A stretch of DNA of 64,000 nucleotides from Eledone cirrhosa. Taxonomy: Eukaryota. The position numbers and the translations under genes were made by a program. Under the pieces are notes generated by a model that saw only the letters and a list, made by a program, of their open reading frames with translations, searched no databases and was not told the origin of the DNA. Within the stretch, counting starts at the first letter, position 1. Every line of letters starts with the position of its first letter. The stretch spans positions 333,808,001 to 333,872,000 of the forward strand of contig OZ024743.1 of NCBI GenBank assembly GCA_964016885.1, written 5' to 3'. This document shows positions 1-14,345 of this stretch, one piece after another.

Positions 1-3000
1 CTTCGTAGAGCCAGAAACTGATATGATTCTTTCGATACGAAAGTCTATTCGACAAAGGTGGGCGGGTACTGATTTGGAGATTCTGTTGCAAATGAGGCTG
101 GAGTGAATCTCCAAAATACCCGAAAGTATCGTCATCGATGATAACAACAAAATAAACATTTCGGTAGAAGGACGAAAATTTCATTGCTTTCGCTGTGGTA
201 GCACAGCACACCTAAAAGCCTCCTGTCCTTCACAAACACACAACATCATTAAAAAAACACTATTACCAACACCAACACCAAAACAACCACCACCACCACA
301 AGTACAACGACAGACGAAACGAGCAACCACACCAAAACAAAGAGACACTCAACCAACAACAACAGAAAAAACAGAGACAGCACCCCTGAAGAACACAGCC
401 CCACCCCATCCCACTCCATCAAACACTACCACAAACACACACACCGAAACACCACCACCACACAACATACCCCTACCCCACACACCTGACGATGATTATT
501 CATCGACGGATGAAGCTGCTTCTCCTTCTTTAGGTGAAGAAGAGGGAGAGCCGCGGAAATCTAAAAAACAAAAAAAAGAGACACCACAAAACCCCCAAAT
601 CTCCAATCACCAACACCAACACATAACCACAGACACAAACAACAACACAAACAACACCACAGTCAAACATCCCCCTATCAGCAAAACCAACACCAAAACC
701 ACCCCAAACACAAGCACCCACCATAAAAAGAAAACTCCCGGACGAACAACAAACTAAAACAACACAACAAAAACACAAACAATAATACGCATACATCAAC
801 ACAAACAACAAGAATTTGATGGAGGTCATCTCCCAAAATCCCAAGGTGGAGACCGAGGGCAAAACTTTCGTCAAGGCAGAATCGTCTCCACACCTTAAAC
901 TTATAATGGTTTCTATAGAAACCTATAATGACCTAAAAAATAAATTTTCACAGGACGTGGGCAACCCCTGCCAGAAACCCATCAACCGCGTCCTGTTAAA
1001 ATGTTTCCCCACCCCACATAACACTCCATCTAGCACCCAAATGGAGATTGAACAACCCGATCTCCAGGAAACGAAAAGGTAAGTGCACCTTCCGCCCCTT
1101 TTCTCCAAATCTTCTTCACCAACATGGCTAGTTTACGAGTTGGAACCGTGAATGTGCGTGGCCTAGGGATGCCCTGTAAACAGGGCCAACTTTTAAACGA
1201 CCTTAGGTCACACGGTATGGATGTGATAGCCATCACCGAGTCCAGGATCAACGACAGGCAGCAACTAACCCCCATCTTCAACGACTTTGAGATCTACGCA
1301 TCTCTCTGTCAGCCAGGAGGTGGTGGTGGGCGTGGGGGAGTGGGTGGAGTGGTTGTCATGTTTCGGAAGAATCTGGACGTCGAAGTACAGCAAGTACACT
1401 TGGACCCGGAGGGTAGACTGGTAGTCCTAGACGTGAACAGTATTGGAGGTGGAGCCTTCAGACTGGTGGCCGTTTATGCCCCGACCGGTCAATCGCAATC
1501 ACGGCCAGACTTCTTTAAGCGTCTAGAGTCCTTTCTGGTAACGTCTCGCTCCTTACTTTTAGTGGGGGACTGGAATGGTATTCTAGATACACGATGGGAC
1601 TATGTGGGAGCATGTGCCAGTAGAGCGGGGTGCAACAGACTCAAAACTTTAATCGGCCAATTCCAACTGGTATCGACTGGATTTCCCGATAGGTATCGAC
1701 TGGATTTCCCGACTGCACCACAGTGGGCAAACTGCAGCGCGACATCTAGATCGTATTTAGATAAGTTCTTCATTAGAGAAAGGGACAAGGAGATGTTAAG
1801 CTGTCCACGAATGCACATGGTTACCTATTCAGATCACAAATTAGTCGTCTGCTTAGTCAACCGTGATAGAACACATAAACAAGGACCCGGATACTGGAAG
1901 CTGAACGTGTCGTTGCCGGCACGTAAAGCTTACAGTGAACGGATGAGTAGACTAGTCAAGCAACAGTTAACAGGAGCCATCGTCAACAATAGATGGTGGT
2001 ACTCTCTCAAGAAAGCAATTAGAATAGAACGATAGGGTTTAGCAGTGTTAGCCTTAGAGAAAAACAAACTAGAAAGAGAACTAATAGCCAAGGTAGAGGA
2101 GGCACTTAGAAGTGGAAATGCGGCTAGAGTGTTAGCGTTGAGAACGGCACTGGACCAGTTCTTCGATGCGAAACACGAAGGCTGCGTGGTCAGAAGCAAA
2201 ACACGTGCTCTAGGAAACGAAGGAACGAAAGCTGTCGGCTGGGCCCGAGTGGCGGAGGCAAAAAGTGGCAACAAGTCCACGATTCGGTCTTTGAAAGACC
2301 AAAACGGACGCGTGCTACTTGACCCCAAGCAAATGTGCTCGGCCTTTCAGCGACACTTTGCGCGACTGTTTGAGCAGACGACGGTGAGCCGAACGGGGCA
2401 ATGGACTTTAGTTCATACCTCGACGGCCTGCCGCGTCTCTCGAACACGGACGCCGAGTTCTGCGAAAGACCGATCACGGACACTGAGATACGGGACGCTC
2501 TGGGCCGCTGCAGGAAATGCAAGTCACCCGGTCTAGATGGTATACCCTACGAATTTTACATAGGCATGCCAGACTTGTTCTCTGGCGTCCTCGAAGCCGT
2601 CTACTGCAATTGGCAGCAGAACGGGAGAATTCCCAGTTCTGCAGGCAAGGGCGTAGTAACGCTGATCAGGAAAGACGAGAACAAGGGGGACGAAATTAAC
2701 AACTTCAGACCCATAACTCTGCTCAACACAGAGTTAAAGATTTTGGCCAAGGTGCTAGCGACGAGGTTGGCGCTTGTCGTCGAGAACCTAGTTGGGAAAG
2801 CGAAAACGTGTGCAATCCCGACCAGGCCCATATACGACAACCTCCACCTCTTGCGATACATCATAGAGAGGGAGGGTAGTAAACCCGGCTTCGGTGGGGC
2901 TCTGATCAATTTTGATCAGTCTAAGGCATTCGATAGAGTCGACCATCGATACTTGGAAGCGGTTCTCAAGGCGGCCGGTTTCGGTCCCGTGTTCAGAGGC

Positions 3001-4780
3001 TGGATCGAGGCGATGCACACCGTTCGCAATCACGCGTTCCATTCGACAGGGATGCCCTCTCTCCTCCATTCTGTATGTATTGACTCTAGAGCCACTACTG
3101 CGGAAATTGGAGCTGTTGCAGGGCATCCCTCTAGAACCGGGACTGCGCAAAGCGGTGTCGGCTTATGCCGACGACGTGATGGTAATGGTGTCGAGCACCT
3201 CTGTAATCGGGGTTATCAGCAACTTACTAAAAGAATACGAAATGCTGACGGAAGCAAAACTAAACCCGGACAAGTCTGTCGATTTGAAACTCGGCACGTA
3301 GAGAGGCAATCCGATGACGTCCGACAGCGTCGTTGGACGCTGGACAGACGGACCGGTGAAATTGCTCGGGGTCTGGTTCGGTCCAGACCTCCAGGTGGAG
3401 AAAAACTGGAACAAGGTCACGTCCAAGGTGTTTGCACTCACCCAGAAGTGGGCAGAGTGCAAACTGTCCTTGAAAGGTCAAGCGGAGGTGGCGAACACTT
3501 TCATAGCGTCCGTCATCTACTACCGCTTGACTGTCGTGCCTTGTACCCGTGAACACCTCGCCAAGATGGAACGCATGCTCTTCCAGTTTCTGTGGAAGAA
3601 GCAGGCTCAGTTGGTGAGGAGATCCGTCTGCTGTCAGCAGCCTTCCAACGGAGGGCTGGGAATGCCATGGCTGATGATGCGAAAACATTCGCTGAGGCTG
3701 CGGCATCTCCAGGTATTCCTCACCGACCCCAACCGGTGTGGGCACCGTTTGTGAGACAGGCTTTCCCACAGCTTGTCTCGCTGACGGAGCTGCAGTCTTG
3801 GGTCAAGAAAAGACCGAAAACGATGGGCGCCTGGCACATTGAATGCGCCCAGGCGCTCACAGTCCTCTGGGAAGCGGGCGCAGCAATCAGTGGAGACTCC
3901 ACTTCGACATTCTATAGAGGGATTGTACGTTACAAGGGCGACGACGTGCTTGGAGAGACTCTGGGCGTCGAAGACGATGAGCTCACCAGTCTGTTTGGTA
4001 GGACTTTCCGCCCGGGACCTATGGACAACTTCCAGAGGTCCCTGGTCTGGTAGTACTACCGAGGGGCTCTACCGGTTCGTGACAAGATCTACAGGCACGG
4101 GCGCCCCGGAGGTATCCTTCCAAAAGGACGTGTCCAAGATGCGCGCAGGACATTGAAACAGTCCTGCACGCAATTGTACACTGCCCGGGCGTAACCGACC
4201 TGTGAAACTATGCACAACAACTGCTGTCGCGTATGGGACAAATCCAGTTGACTGCCGAGTCCATAGTAAGGATCTAACCGCCTGTCTCTTTCAAAAACGA
4301 AAGAGAGGTGGTTTTCCTCTGTACGGTGGCTATGGTGAAAGAAGTTATATGGTGGACGAGTTTGAGAGGACTGAGGACAGATGCCTTTCTCTCCGGACAA
4401 CAATTGATTCCCTTCTTTAAGTATCACTTTCGAAGGAGAATCAGAGTGGATAGAGAGGCACTGCACCCCAGTAAATTTACTGAAAGGTGGATGAATGAAG
4501 CGAAAATGGCCCGAGTGATTGGGCCTTCTCTGTTTATAAGCCTGTAGGTTGAAGAAGAGAGCAAAAGGAAGAAAGGAGCACTTTCACAACACGCTCCTGG
4601 AGTTGAGGGTTGTTGTATCGACGGGGTATTAAACAAGCCATTTGTGGCCCCTCCCCCTTATTGGGGATTTCGATTGTTGTAATTGTTTGTTTTTATATTT
4701 TTTACACGACTGTATGTAAAATCCCCGGCATGTCTTTGTATTGTCCCCTTTTCTTGTGCGTCCTTGTGGCTAATAAAGAA
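1..4780 (+). mobile_element. Tx1-clade non-LTR retrotransposon, copy A (5' part outside window, decayed)
   Basis: ORF1 C-terminus (zinc-knuckle remnant HCFRCGSTAHLKASC, stop at 1082), disrupted APE-RT ORF2 1124-4547, 3' UTR ending AATAAAGAAA then (TA)n. Same subfamily as copy B. Confidence 0.93.
1124..4547 (+). pseudogene. ORF2 (APE endonuclease, reverse transcriptase, CCHC) of copy A, disrupted
   Basis: Motifs NVRGL, ITES, GDWN, SYLD, SDH, KSPGLDG, FRPITLLN, DQSKAFD, QGCPLS and YADD are split over several ORFs by stops (e.g. 2033-2035), frameshifts and a deletion near 3020. Confidence 0.92.
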
Positions 4781-4795
4781 ATATATATATATATA

Positions 4796-5036
4796 TTTCT
4801 ATTTATTGCCACGAGGGTGCAAAAGAAGGGTACAAATACAAAGCGAAGTGTTTACACAAAAGAACGAGTAAAAAAAAAACAAATATAAAATATAAAATTA
4901 ACAATAAAGTCCTCAATAGGGAGGAGGCGTTTAGGGGTGTCGCACATACCTCCGAAAAAGTGTGCAAACCTTCTCCTCAGGAGCACAGAGAGAGGGTGCT
5001 CCCTTGCTCTTCCATCTTTTTCACCTACAGGCTTAT
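4796..5036 (-). mobile_element. Tx1 3'-end fragment F (ORF2 stop plus 3' UTR of a fourth subfamily)
   Basis: Reverse complement reads ataagcctgTAGgtgaaa...ggagcac-loop-gtgctcc...ttgcacac...caataaatagaaa, collinear with the 3' UTRs of the other copies but diverged. Confidence 0.85.
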
Positions 5037-5061
5037 ATATATATATATATATATAGATATG

Positions 5062-7845
5062 TTTCTTTATTAGCCACAGGGGCACAAAAGAAGGGGACAA
5101 ATACAAAGGGGGAAGTTTACATACAATAAAAACGTGTAAAATATTATCACAAATGCAATTTAAAAAATTAGGCGATTTTCCCCAATAGGGGAGACAGTTC
5201 ATATGGGTAACACATACCCCCGAAAAAATGTGCAACCCTCATCTCCAGGAGTACGAAGAGTTCGTACTCCTTTCTTCTCCTCCTGCTTTTCCTCAACCTA
5301 CAGGCTGATATAGAGAGAAGGCCCATTCACTCGGGCCATTCTCGCCACTTTCACCCACCTTTCATAAAACTTGCTGGGGTACAGCACCTCTCTCTCCATC
5401 CTGATTCTTCTTCCAAAGTGGTATTTGAAAAAAAGAGTCAGTTGTTCGCCGGAGAGAAAGGTGTCTGACCTCAGCCCTTTCAACCTTGTCCACCATACAA
5501 CCTCTTTCGCCATAGCTATCACACAAAGGAAAACCGCCTCTCCTTCGTTTTTGAAAGAGGGTGGCGGTTTGATCATGACAATGGACTCAGTGGTCAACCG
5601 GATTGGTCCACCCGCGACAATAGTCGTTCTACATAGCCCCACAGGTCGGTGACACCCGGGCAGTGTATGAATGCGCGACGGTTTCTTCGTCGCGCACGCA
5701 CCTCGGACAGATCTTTTTGCAGGGTCCCTGCCCGGGCGCCCATGTCTGTAGAGCTTGTCTCGAACTGGTAGAGCTCCTCGGTAGCACTGCCAGGCCAGGG
5801 ACTTTTGGAAGTTGTCCATCGGTCCCAGAAGGAAGGTCCTACCGAACAGACTGGCCAGTTTATCTTCCTCTACGCCTAGAGTTTCACCGAGCGCGTCGTC
5901 GCACTTGCTGCGGATCAACCCTCTATAGAATGACGAAGTGGAGTCTCCACTGATCGCCGGGTCCGCCTGCCAGAGGGCTGTGAGCGCCTGAGCACATTCG
6001 ATGTGCCAGTCGCTCATTTTCCTCGGTCTTTGCTTCACCCAGGACTGCAGCTCGGTCAGCGAGACGAGTCGTGGGAAGGCTCGCCTCACGAACGGGGCCC
6101 ACACCGGTTGTCCGGTGAGGAATACGTAGAGATGCCGCAGCCTGAGCGCGTGTTTGCGCATCGTCAGCCACGGCAACCCCAGCCCTCCGTTCGAAGGGTG
6201 TTGGCAGCAGATGGATTTTCTCACCAAAGGAGCCCGTTTCTTCCAAAGGAATTGGAAGAGCGCGCGCTCCATTTTGGTGAGCGCTTTGGCTGGACAAGGC
6301 ACAACGGTCAAGCGGTAGTAGATGACGGACGCTATAAAAGTGTTCGCCACCTCCGCTCGACCTTTCAAGGATAGTTTGCACTCGGCCCACTTCTTGGTGA
6401 GTGCAAACACCTTGGCCGTCACTTCGTTCCAGTTCTTCTCCACCTGGAGGTCCGGACCAAACCAGACCCCGAGCAGCTTTACCGTTCCTTCCGTCCAGCG
6501 TCCGACGACACCATCGGAAGGCATCGGTTTGCCTCTCCACGATCCGAGTTGCAAACCAATGGATTTGTTCCGGTTCAACTTCGCTCCTGTGAAACTTTCG
6601 TATTCCTTCAGTAAAGTGCCGACTTCCTCGATTTGCGAGGCGTTCGACACCATTAATGTCACGTCGTCGGCGTAGGCCGACGCCGCTTTCCGCAGTCTGG
6701 TTCCAGAGGGATGCCCTGCAATAGCTCCAACTTTCGCAGTAATGGCTCGAGAGTCAGTACGTACAGAAGGGAGGAGAGAGGGCATCCCTGTCGAATGGAT
6801 GGCGTAATATGGAACGGCTCCGAGAGGTAGCCGTTCACCTTGACCCTTGAGCAGATGTTGCTGTTATGCATCGCAGCAATCCAGCCTCTGAACACGGGTC
6901 CGAAGCCTGCCGCCTCGAGCACCGCATCCAGGTAACGATGGTCAACCCTATCGAAAGCCTTAGACTGATCCAAGTTGATCAGGGCCCCACCGAAGCCGGG
7001 TTTACACGCTACCCTCTCTATGATGTATCGCATGAGGTGGAGGTTGTCGTGTATGACCTGGTCGGGATTGCGCATGTCTGCGCTTCTCCCACCAGGTTCT
7101 CGACGACAAGCGCCAGCCTCTTTGCCAACACCTTGGCCAAAATCTGTAACTCTGTGTTTAGCAGAGTTATGGGCCGGAAGTTGCCTATGTCATCCCCCCT
7201 ATTCTCGTCCTTCCTGACTAGTGTGACTCCGCCCCCGGTCACAGAACTGGGAATTCTCCCGTTCTGTTGCCAGTTGCAGTAGACCGCTTCCAGGAGACCG
7301 GAGAATAAGTCCGGCATTGCTACGTAAAATTCGTAGGGTAGAACGTCGAGACCTGGAGATTTGCGTTTGCCGCATTGGTTCAGCGCGTCCCCTATCGGCT
7401 TTTCGCAGAACTTTGCCTCGCTGTCCGAGAGTCGCGGTAGGCCGTCGAGGTATGGACCGAAATCCATAGCCCCTCCCGGGACTCCGTCCCGCCCGAACAG
7501 TTGAGCAAAGTGCCGCTGAAAGGCCGCACACATCTGTTTCAGCTCACGTATCACGCGTCCGTTTTGGTCCTTCAAAGACCGAATCGTGGACTTGTTGCCA
7601 CTTTTTGCCTCCGCCACTCGGGCCCAGCTAACAGCTTTGGCTCCCTCGTTTCCCAGAGCACGCATTTTGATTCTGACAACGCAGCCCTCGTGCTTTGCGT
7701 CGAAGAACTGGTCCAAGGCCGTTCTCATCGCTAGCACGCTGGCTACGTTGCCACTTCTAATTGCCTCTTCTACTTTATCTACCAGTTCCTTCTCGGTTCT
7801 ATTTCTATCTAACGCTAATTCTTTATTAAAAACTAACGAGTCTAT
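5062..7845 (-). mobile_element. Tx1 copy E, 5'-truncated, same subfamily as copy D
   Basis: Minus-strand ORFs 7018-7878, 6659-7075 and 5298-6785 are near-identical to the copy D ORF2 (ends VNGPSLYISL), with frameshifts; 3' UTR matches 39968-40205. Confidence 0.92.
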
Positions 7846-7860
7846 AGATAGATAGATAGA

Positions 7861-10800
7861 TTTCTTTATTTGCCACAAGGGCGCACAAGAAAAGGGGACA
7901 ATACAAAGACATGCCGGGGATTTTACTTATAGTCGTGTAAAAAATATAGAACAAACAATTACAACAATCGAAATCCCCAATAGGGGGGAAGCGCCACAAA
8001 TGGCTTGTTTAATACCCCGTCGATAGAACAACCCTCAACTCCAGGAGCGTGTAGTGCAAGTGTTCCTTTCTTCCTTTTGCTCTTTTCTTTAACCTACAGG
8101 TTTATAAACAGAGCAGGCCCAATCACTCGGGCGATTTTTTGCCATATTCACCCACCTTTCAGTAAATTTACTGGGGTGCAGTGCCTCTCTCTCCACTCTG
8201 ATTCTCCTAAAGTGATACTTAAAGAAGGGAATCAATTGTTGTCCGGAGAGAAAGGCATCTGTCCTCAGTCCTTTCAATCTCGTCCACCATATAACCTTTT
8301 TCTCCATAGCCACTGTACAGAGGAAACCGCCTCTCTTTCGTTTTTGAAAGAGGCTGCGGTTAGATCCTTACTATGGACTCGGCAGTCAACTGGATTTGTC
8401 CCATACGCGACAACAGTTGTTCTGCATAGTTCCACAGGTCGGTTACGCCCGGGCAGTGTACAATTGCGTGCAGGACTGTTTCAATGTCCTGCGTGCATCT
8501 TGGACACATCCTCTTGGAAGGATCCCTGCCGGGGCATCCGTGCCTGTAGATCTTGTCACGAACCGGTAGAGCTCCTCGGTAGCAATGCCAGGCCAGGGAC
8601 CTCTGGAAGTTGTCCATAGGTCCCGGGCGGAAAGTCCTACCAAACAGACTGGTGAGCTCCTCGTCTTCGACGCCCAGAGTCTCTCCGAGCACGTCGTCGC
8701 CCTTGTAACGTACAATCCCTCTATAGAATGTCGAAGTGGAGTCTCCACTGATTGCTGTGCCCACTTGCCAGAGGACTGTGAGCGCCTGAGCGCACTGAAT
8801 GTGTCAGGCCCCCATCGTTTTCGGTCTTTTCTTGACCCAGAAACTGGAAGAGCATGCGTTCCATCTTGGCGAGGTGTTCACGGGGACAAGGCACGACAGT
8901 CAAGCGGTAGTAGATGACGGACGCTATGAAAGTGTTCGCCACCTCCGCTCGACCTTTCAAGGACAGTTTGCATTCTGCCCACTTCTGGGTGAGCGCAAAC
9001 ACCTTGGCCGTTACCTCGTTCCAGTGTTTCTCAACCTGGAGGTCTGGACCGAACCAGACCCCGAGCAATTTCACCGGTCCGTCTGTCCAGCGTCCAACGA
9101 CGCTGTCGGACGTCATCGGATTGCCTCTCTACGTACCGAGTTGCAAATCGACAGACTTGTCCGGGTTTAGTTTTGCTTCCGTCAGCATTTCGTATTCTTT
9201 TAGTAAGTTGCTGATAACCCCGATTACAGAGGTGCTCGACACCATTACCATCACGTCGTCGGCATAAGCCGACACCGCTTTGCGGTTCTAGAGGGATGCC
9301 CTGCAACAGCTCCAATTTCCGCAGTAGTGGCTCTAAAGTCAATACATACAGAATGGAGGAGAGAGGGCATCCCTGTCGAATGGAACGCGTGATTGCGAAC
9401 GGCTCCGATAGGTAGCCGTTCACCTTGACCCTCGAGCAGATGCATCGCCTCGATCCAGCCTCTGAACACGAGACCGAAACCGGCCGCCTTGAGAACCGCT
9501 TCCGAGTATCGATGGTCGACCCTATCGAATGCCTTACACTGATCCAAATTGATCAGAGCCCACCGAAGCCGGGTTTACTACCCACCCTCTTAATGATGTA
9601 TCGCATGAGGTTGTCGTGTATGGACCTGGTCGGGATTGCACACGTTTACACTTTCCCTACCAGGTTCTCGACGACAAGCGCCAACCTCGTCGCTAGCACC
9701 TTGGCCAAAATCTTTAACTCTGTGTTGAACAGAGTTATGGGTCTGAAGTTGTTAATTTCGTCCCCCTTGTTCTCGTCTTTCCTGATCAGCGTTACTACGC
9801 CCTTGCCTGCAGAACTGGGAATTCTACCTTTTTGCTGCCAATTGCAGTATACGGCCTCGAGAACAAGCCAGAGAACAAGTCCAGCATGCCTACGTAAAAC
9901 CCATAGGGTAGACCATCTAGACCGGGTGACTTGCGTTTCCCGCAGCGGCCCAGAGCGTCCCGTATCTCAGTGACCGTGATTGGTCTTTCGCAGAACTCGG
10001 CGTCCGTGTTCGAGAGACGCAGCAGGCCGTCGAGGTATGAACTAAAATCCATTGACCCGTTCGGCTCACCGTCGTTCTGCTCAAACAGTCGCGCAAAGTG
10101 CCGCTGAAAGGCCAGGCACATTTGCTTGGGGTCAAGTAGCACGCGTCCGTTTTGGTCTTTCAAAGACCGAATCGTGGACTTGTTGCCACTTTTTGCCTCC
10201 GCCACTCGGGTCCAGCTGACAGCTTTCGCTCCTTCGTTTCCTAGAGCACGTGTTTTACTTCTGACCACGCAAGCCTTCGTGTTTTGTGTCGAAGAACTGG
10301 TCTAGTGCTGTTCTCAAAACACTCTAGCCGCGTTTCCACTTCTAAGTGCCTCCTCTACCTTGGCTACTAGTTCTCTTTCTATTTTGTTTTTCTCTAAGGC
10401 TAACTCTCTGCTAAACTCTATCGATTCTACTCTAATTGCTTTCTTGAGAGAGTACCACCATCTATTGTTGACGATGGCTCCTGTTAACTGCTGCTTGACT
10501 AGTCTACTTATCCGTTCACTGTAAGCTTTACGTGCCGACAACGACACGTTCAGCTTCCAGTGTCCGGGTCCTTGTCTATGTATTCTATCACGGTTGACTA
10601 AGCAGACAACTAATTTGTGATCTGAATAGGCAACCATGTGCATTCGTGGACAGCTTAACATCTTGTCTCTTTCTCTAATGAAGAACCTATCTAAATACGA
10701 TCTAGATGTCCCGCTGCGGTTTGTCCACGTCCACTGTGGTGCAGTCGGGAAATCCAGTCGATGTCAGTCGGAATTGGCTGATTAAAGTTTTGAGGCTGTT

Positions 10801-13430
10801 GCACCCCCTCTACTGGGACATGTTCCCACATAGTCCCATCGTGCATTTAGGATACCATTCCAGTCCCACACTAAAAGTAAGGAGCGAGATGTTCTCAGAA
10901 AAGACTCTAGACGCTTAAAGAAAGGCCGTGATTGCGATTGCCCGGTCGGGGCATAAACGGCCACCAGTCTGAAGGCTCCACCTCCAATACTGTTCATGTC
11001 TAGGACTACCAGTCTACCCTCTGGGTCCAAGTGTACTTGCTGTGCTTCGACGTCCAGGTTGTTCCGAAACATGACAGCCATTCCCCCCCACCTATTGGCT
11101 GACAGAGAGATGCGGAGATCTCAAAGTCGTCGAAGATGGGGGTTAGCTGGGGCCTGTTGTGGATCCTGGACTCGATGATGGCTATCACATCCATACCGTG
11201 TGACCTAAGGTCGTTTAAAAGTTGGCCTTGTTTCCAGGGCATTCCTAGGCCACGCACATTCTCGCTTCCAACTCGTAAACTAGCCATGTTGGTGCAGAGA
11301 AGTTGGAGAAAAAGGACGAAAAGGTGCACTTACCTTTTCGTTTCCTGGAGATCGGGTTGTTCAATCTCCATTTGGGTGCTGGATGGGGTGTTGGGTGGGG
11401 TGGGGAAACATTTTAACAGGACGCGGTTGATAGGTTTCTGGCAGGGGTTGCCCACGTCCTGCGAAAATTTATTTTTCAGGTCACTATAGGTCTCTATAGA
11501 GACCCTTATAAGTTTAAGGTGTGGAGACGATTCTGCTTTGACGAAAGTTTTGCCCTCCGTCTCCACCTTGGGCATCTGGGAGATGACCTGCATCAAACAT
11601 TTGTTGTTTGTGTTGATGTATGCGTATTATTGTTTGTGTTTTTGTTGTGTTGTTTTAGTTTGTTGTTCGTCCGGGAGTTTTCTTTTTATGGTGGGTGCTT
11701 GTGTTTGGGGTGGTGTTGGTGTTGGTTTTGCTGGTAGGGGGATGTTTGACTGTGGTGTTGTTTGTGTTGTTGTTTGTGTCTGTGGTTTTGTGTTGGTGTT
11801 GGTGATTGGAGTTTTGGGGCGTTTTGTGGTGTCTCTTTTTTGTTTTTTAGATTTCCGCGGCTCTCCCTCTTCTTCACTTAAAGAAGGAGAAGCAGCTTCA
11901 TCTGTCGGTGAATAATCATCGTCAGGTGTGTGGGGTAGGGGTATGTTGTGTGGTGGTGGTGTTTCGGTGTGTGTGTTTGTGGTAGTGTTTGATGGAGTGG
12001 GATGGGGTGGGGCTGTGTTCTTCAGGGGTGTTGTCTGTGTTTTTTTTGTTGTTGTTGGTTGAGTGGCTGTTTGTTTTGGTGTGTTTGCTCATTTCGTCTG
12101 TGGTGGTAGTTGTTTTGGTGTTGGTGTTGGTAATAGTGCTTTTTTAATGATGTTGTTGTGGTGTGTTTGTGAAGGACAGGAGGCCTTTAGGTGTGCTGTG
12201 CTACCACAGCGAAAGCAATGACATTTTCGACCCCCCACCTTAATGTTTATTTTGTTGTTGTCGTCGATGACGACTTTTTCGGGTATTTTGGAGATTCTCT
12301 TCGGCCTCATCTGCATCAGAATCTCCAAAATCAGTACCCGCCCACCTTTGTCTAATAGACTTTCGTATTGAAAGAATCATATCAGTTTCTGGCACCACGA
12401 AGCCAGCCAAGATCCACCAGATGTTAATGTTTGGTTATTTTTATTTTTTGTGTCCTTTTTCCCATGTATGTAGGGAAAAAGGTGAATGCTTTTGACACCA
12501 TTGGTGTCATAGAATATTTTGGGGCGAGTGCCTCGCTTTTAAACAGTACGGAAACACTTCCGTGCTGCTTTTCTCGTTGGAGAAAGTCAATATTTGCTAG
12601 AGTCTCCTTCAAGGTGGCTTCTATGTCTGCTTGACTCACAAATATCGGCTTTCTCAAGGAATTGGAGACAGTCCTAAAGGCCACTCTCCTGCGAACTGTC
12701 TCTTCTTTTATTTCGAGGGGTGAGTTAAATATAAACCCACCCTTGTCTTCGAAAGTTACACATTTTCTCCCTTGCTGGAGCATATCTCTTGCATTGGAGA
12801 TGTCAAGATTTATAAAATCTTGTTTTTTGTTCACTGTTTCAGCGAAAGACATTTTTTTTCGTGGCGTTGTTGTTGTTGTTGTTGTTATCGTAGTTAGCCT
12901 CGGTGTTGGAAATCTATTCCTTGACGAGGTTAAACTTTATGTGTAGATGTATCTATGGAGTTGTTGTTGTTCTCTTTTTCATGTGTATGTATGTTAATAG
13001 GTTTAATTCCTGTGTTTTCCTGTGAGTTAGTGTTATTTTTCTCCGCTTCGACGGTAGAAATTTTAAAATCTTCAAGTGGTAATATTATTTTCTCTTTGTT
13101 GATAGTCGTATCCATGACAACGTCCATAGTAGAAGAAGCAGATATAACGTTAATATCTGCCTCTATACCTCTCTTCTCTCTGTCTACGTTCTCTAGCGTT
13201 CTTTCCGAGTTATTCATGTTTCATAGTTGGCAAAATTTGATTTTTTTTTTTAGCAACATTTAAATTAAATTTTCGCCCCTAAAGGAGCGAAAAATGGGAT
13301 TACCACCCAACTGACAATTCAGCTTGGGGGTTAATCTACAAAATGATATCTTTTTTCAAACAATTAGTTCGTTTTTTTTGTATAGAAATAAACAAAAAAG
13401 CTTACCAGTAATGTTCCACGCGTCAGGCAG
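7861..13430 (-). mobile_element. Tx1 copy B, near full-length, decayed
   Basis: 5' UTR about 13430-13218; ORF1 fragments (12930-13217, 12424-12852, 12089-12328 with CCHC, 11330-11596); fragmented ORF2 about 11287-8095; 3' UTR ends AATAAAGAAA then (TCTA)n. Confidence 0.92.
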
Positions 13431-13453
13431 ATAAAGAGATAGATATATACATA

Positions 13454-13531
<78 letters not shown>

Positions 13532-13707
13532 CATATATACATATTACAGAATACATATATATACATATACATATACATATATATATATAATATATATATA
13601 TATATATGTAAGTATGCACACATGCACTCACACACATATATATATATATATACATACACACATATATATATATATACATACACACATATATACATATGTA
13701 CGTATGG

Positions 13708-13882
13708 GTTATATCGAACACAATAATAATGTTCGATTCGTTTGTAAACAAACAGCCCGATTTGAAGCAGTGCAGTGCCGATAACCGATCGTCACCTGTT
13801 TTTTCACCGGCACAACATAGCTTCAAATTGGGCTGTTTGTTTACAAATGAATCGAACATTATTATTAGTGTTCTATATAACC
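13708..13882. repeat. MITE-like palindrome with about 60-bp inverted arms; a further arm copy at about 14424-14492
   Basis: ggttatatcgaacac...cccgatttgaagc pairs with gcttcaaattggg...gtgttctatataacc. Confidence 0.65.
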
Positions 13883-13993
13883 TCAACAGGTTTGCAAGAG
13901 ATGTCAACATGAATGGACCTATTATTTTTATCTAAAGACATTTTTTCCAATTCCATCCCGCCCGTCCTCTCAATTATTTTATTTTTCATTCTT

Positions 13994-14029
13994 TCTTCTG
14001 ATGAAGGACTAGCATCCGAAACGTTAAGA
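13994..14029 (+). ncRNA. Minimal type I hammerhead ribozyme motif (Penelope-like)
   Basis: tctt-CTGATGA-a-gga(ctagca)tcc-GAAA-cgt-t-aaga: stem I tctt/aaga, palindromic ACGT in place of stem III. Confidence 0.6.
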
Positions 14030-14120
14030 CCCTCTTCCTGCTATATCAAGCGTTAACCTAATATATACCTTCCATATACTGTACTGATTGTGTTGTTATT
14101 TCTGTTTACCTTTTACATAC

Positions 14121-14152
<32 letters not shown>

Positions 14153-14345
14153 ATATGTGTGTGTACGTGTGCATACTTACATTTATGAATCAGCTGTGCT
14201 AGGGTGAGAAATAAAATTCTAATTTTATTTTTAATATTCGGCAAGGCCAGCCGTACTTGCCCGGTATTGCAAATGAGGCTACTCAGTCGATGTGTACTTA
14301 AGAGCATATATATTTTCAACCGTTAAACATATTGATAGAGGTATA

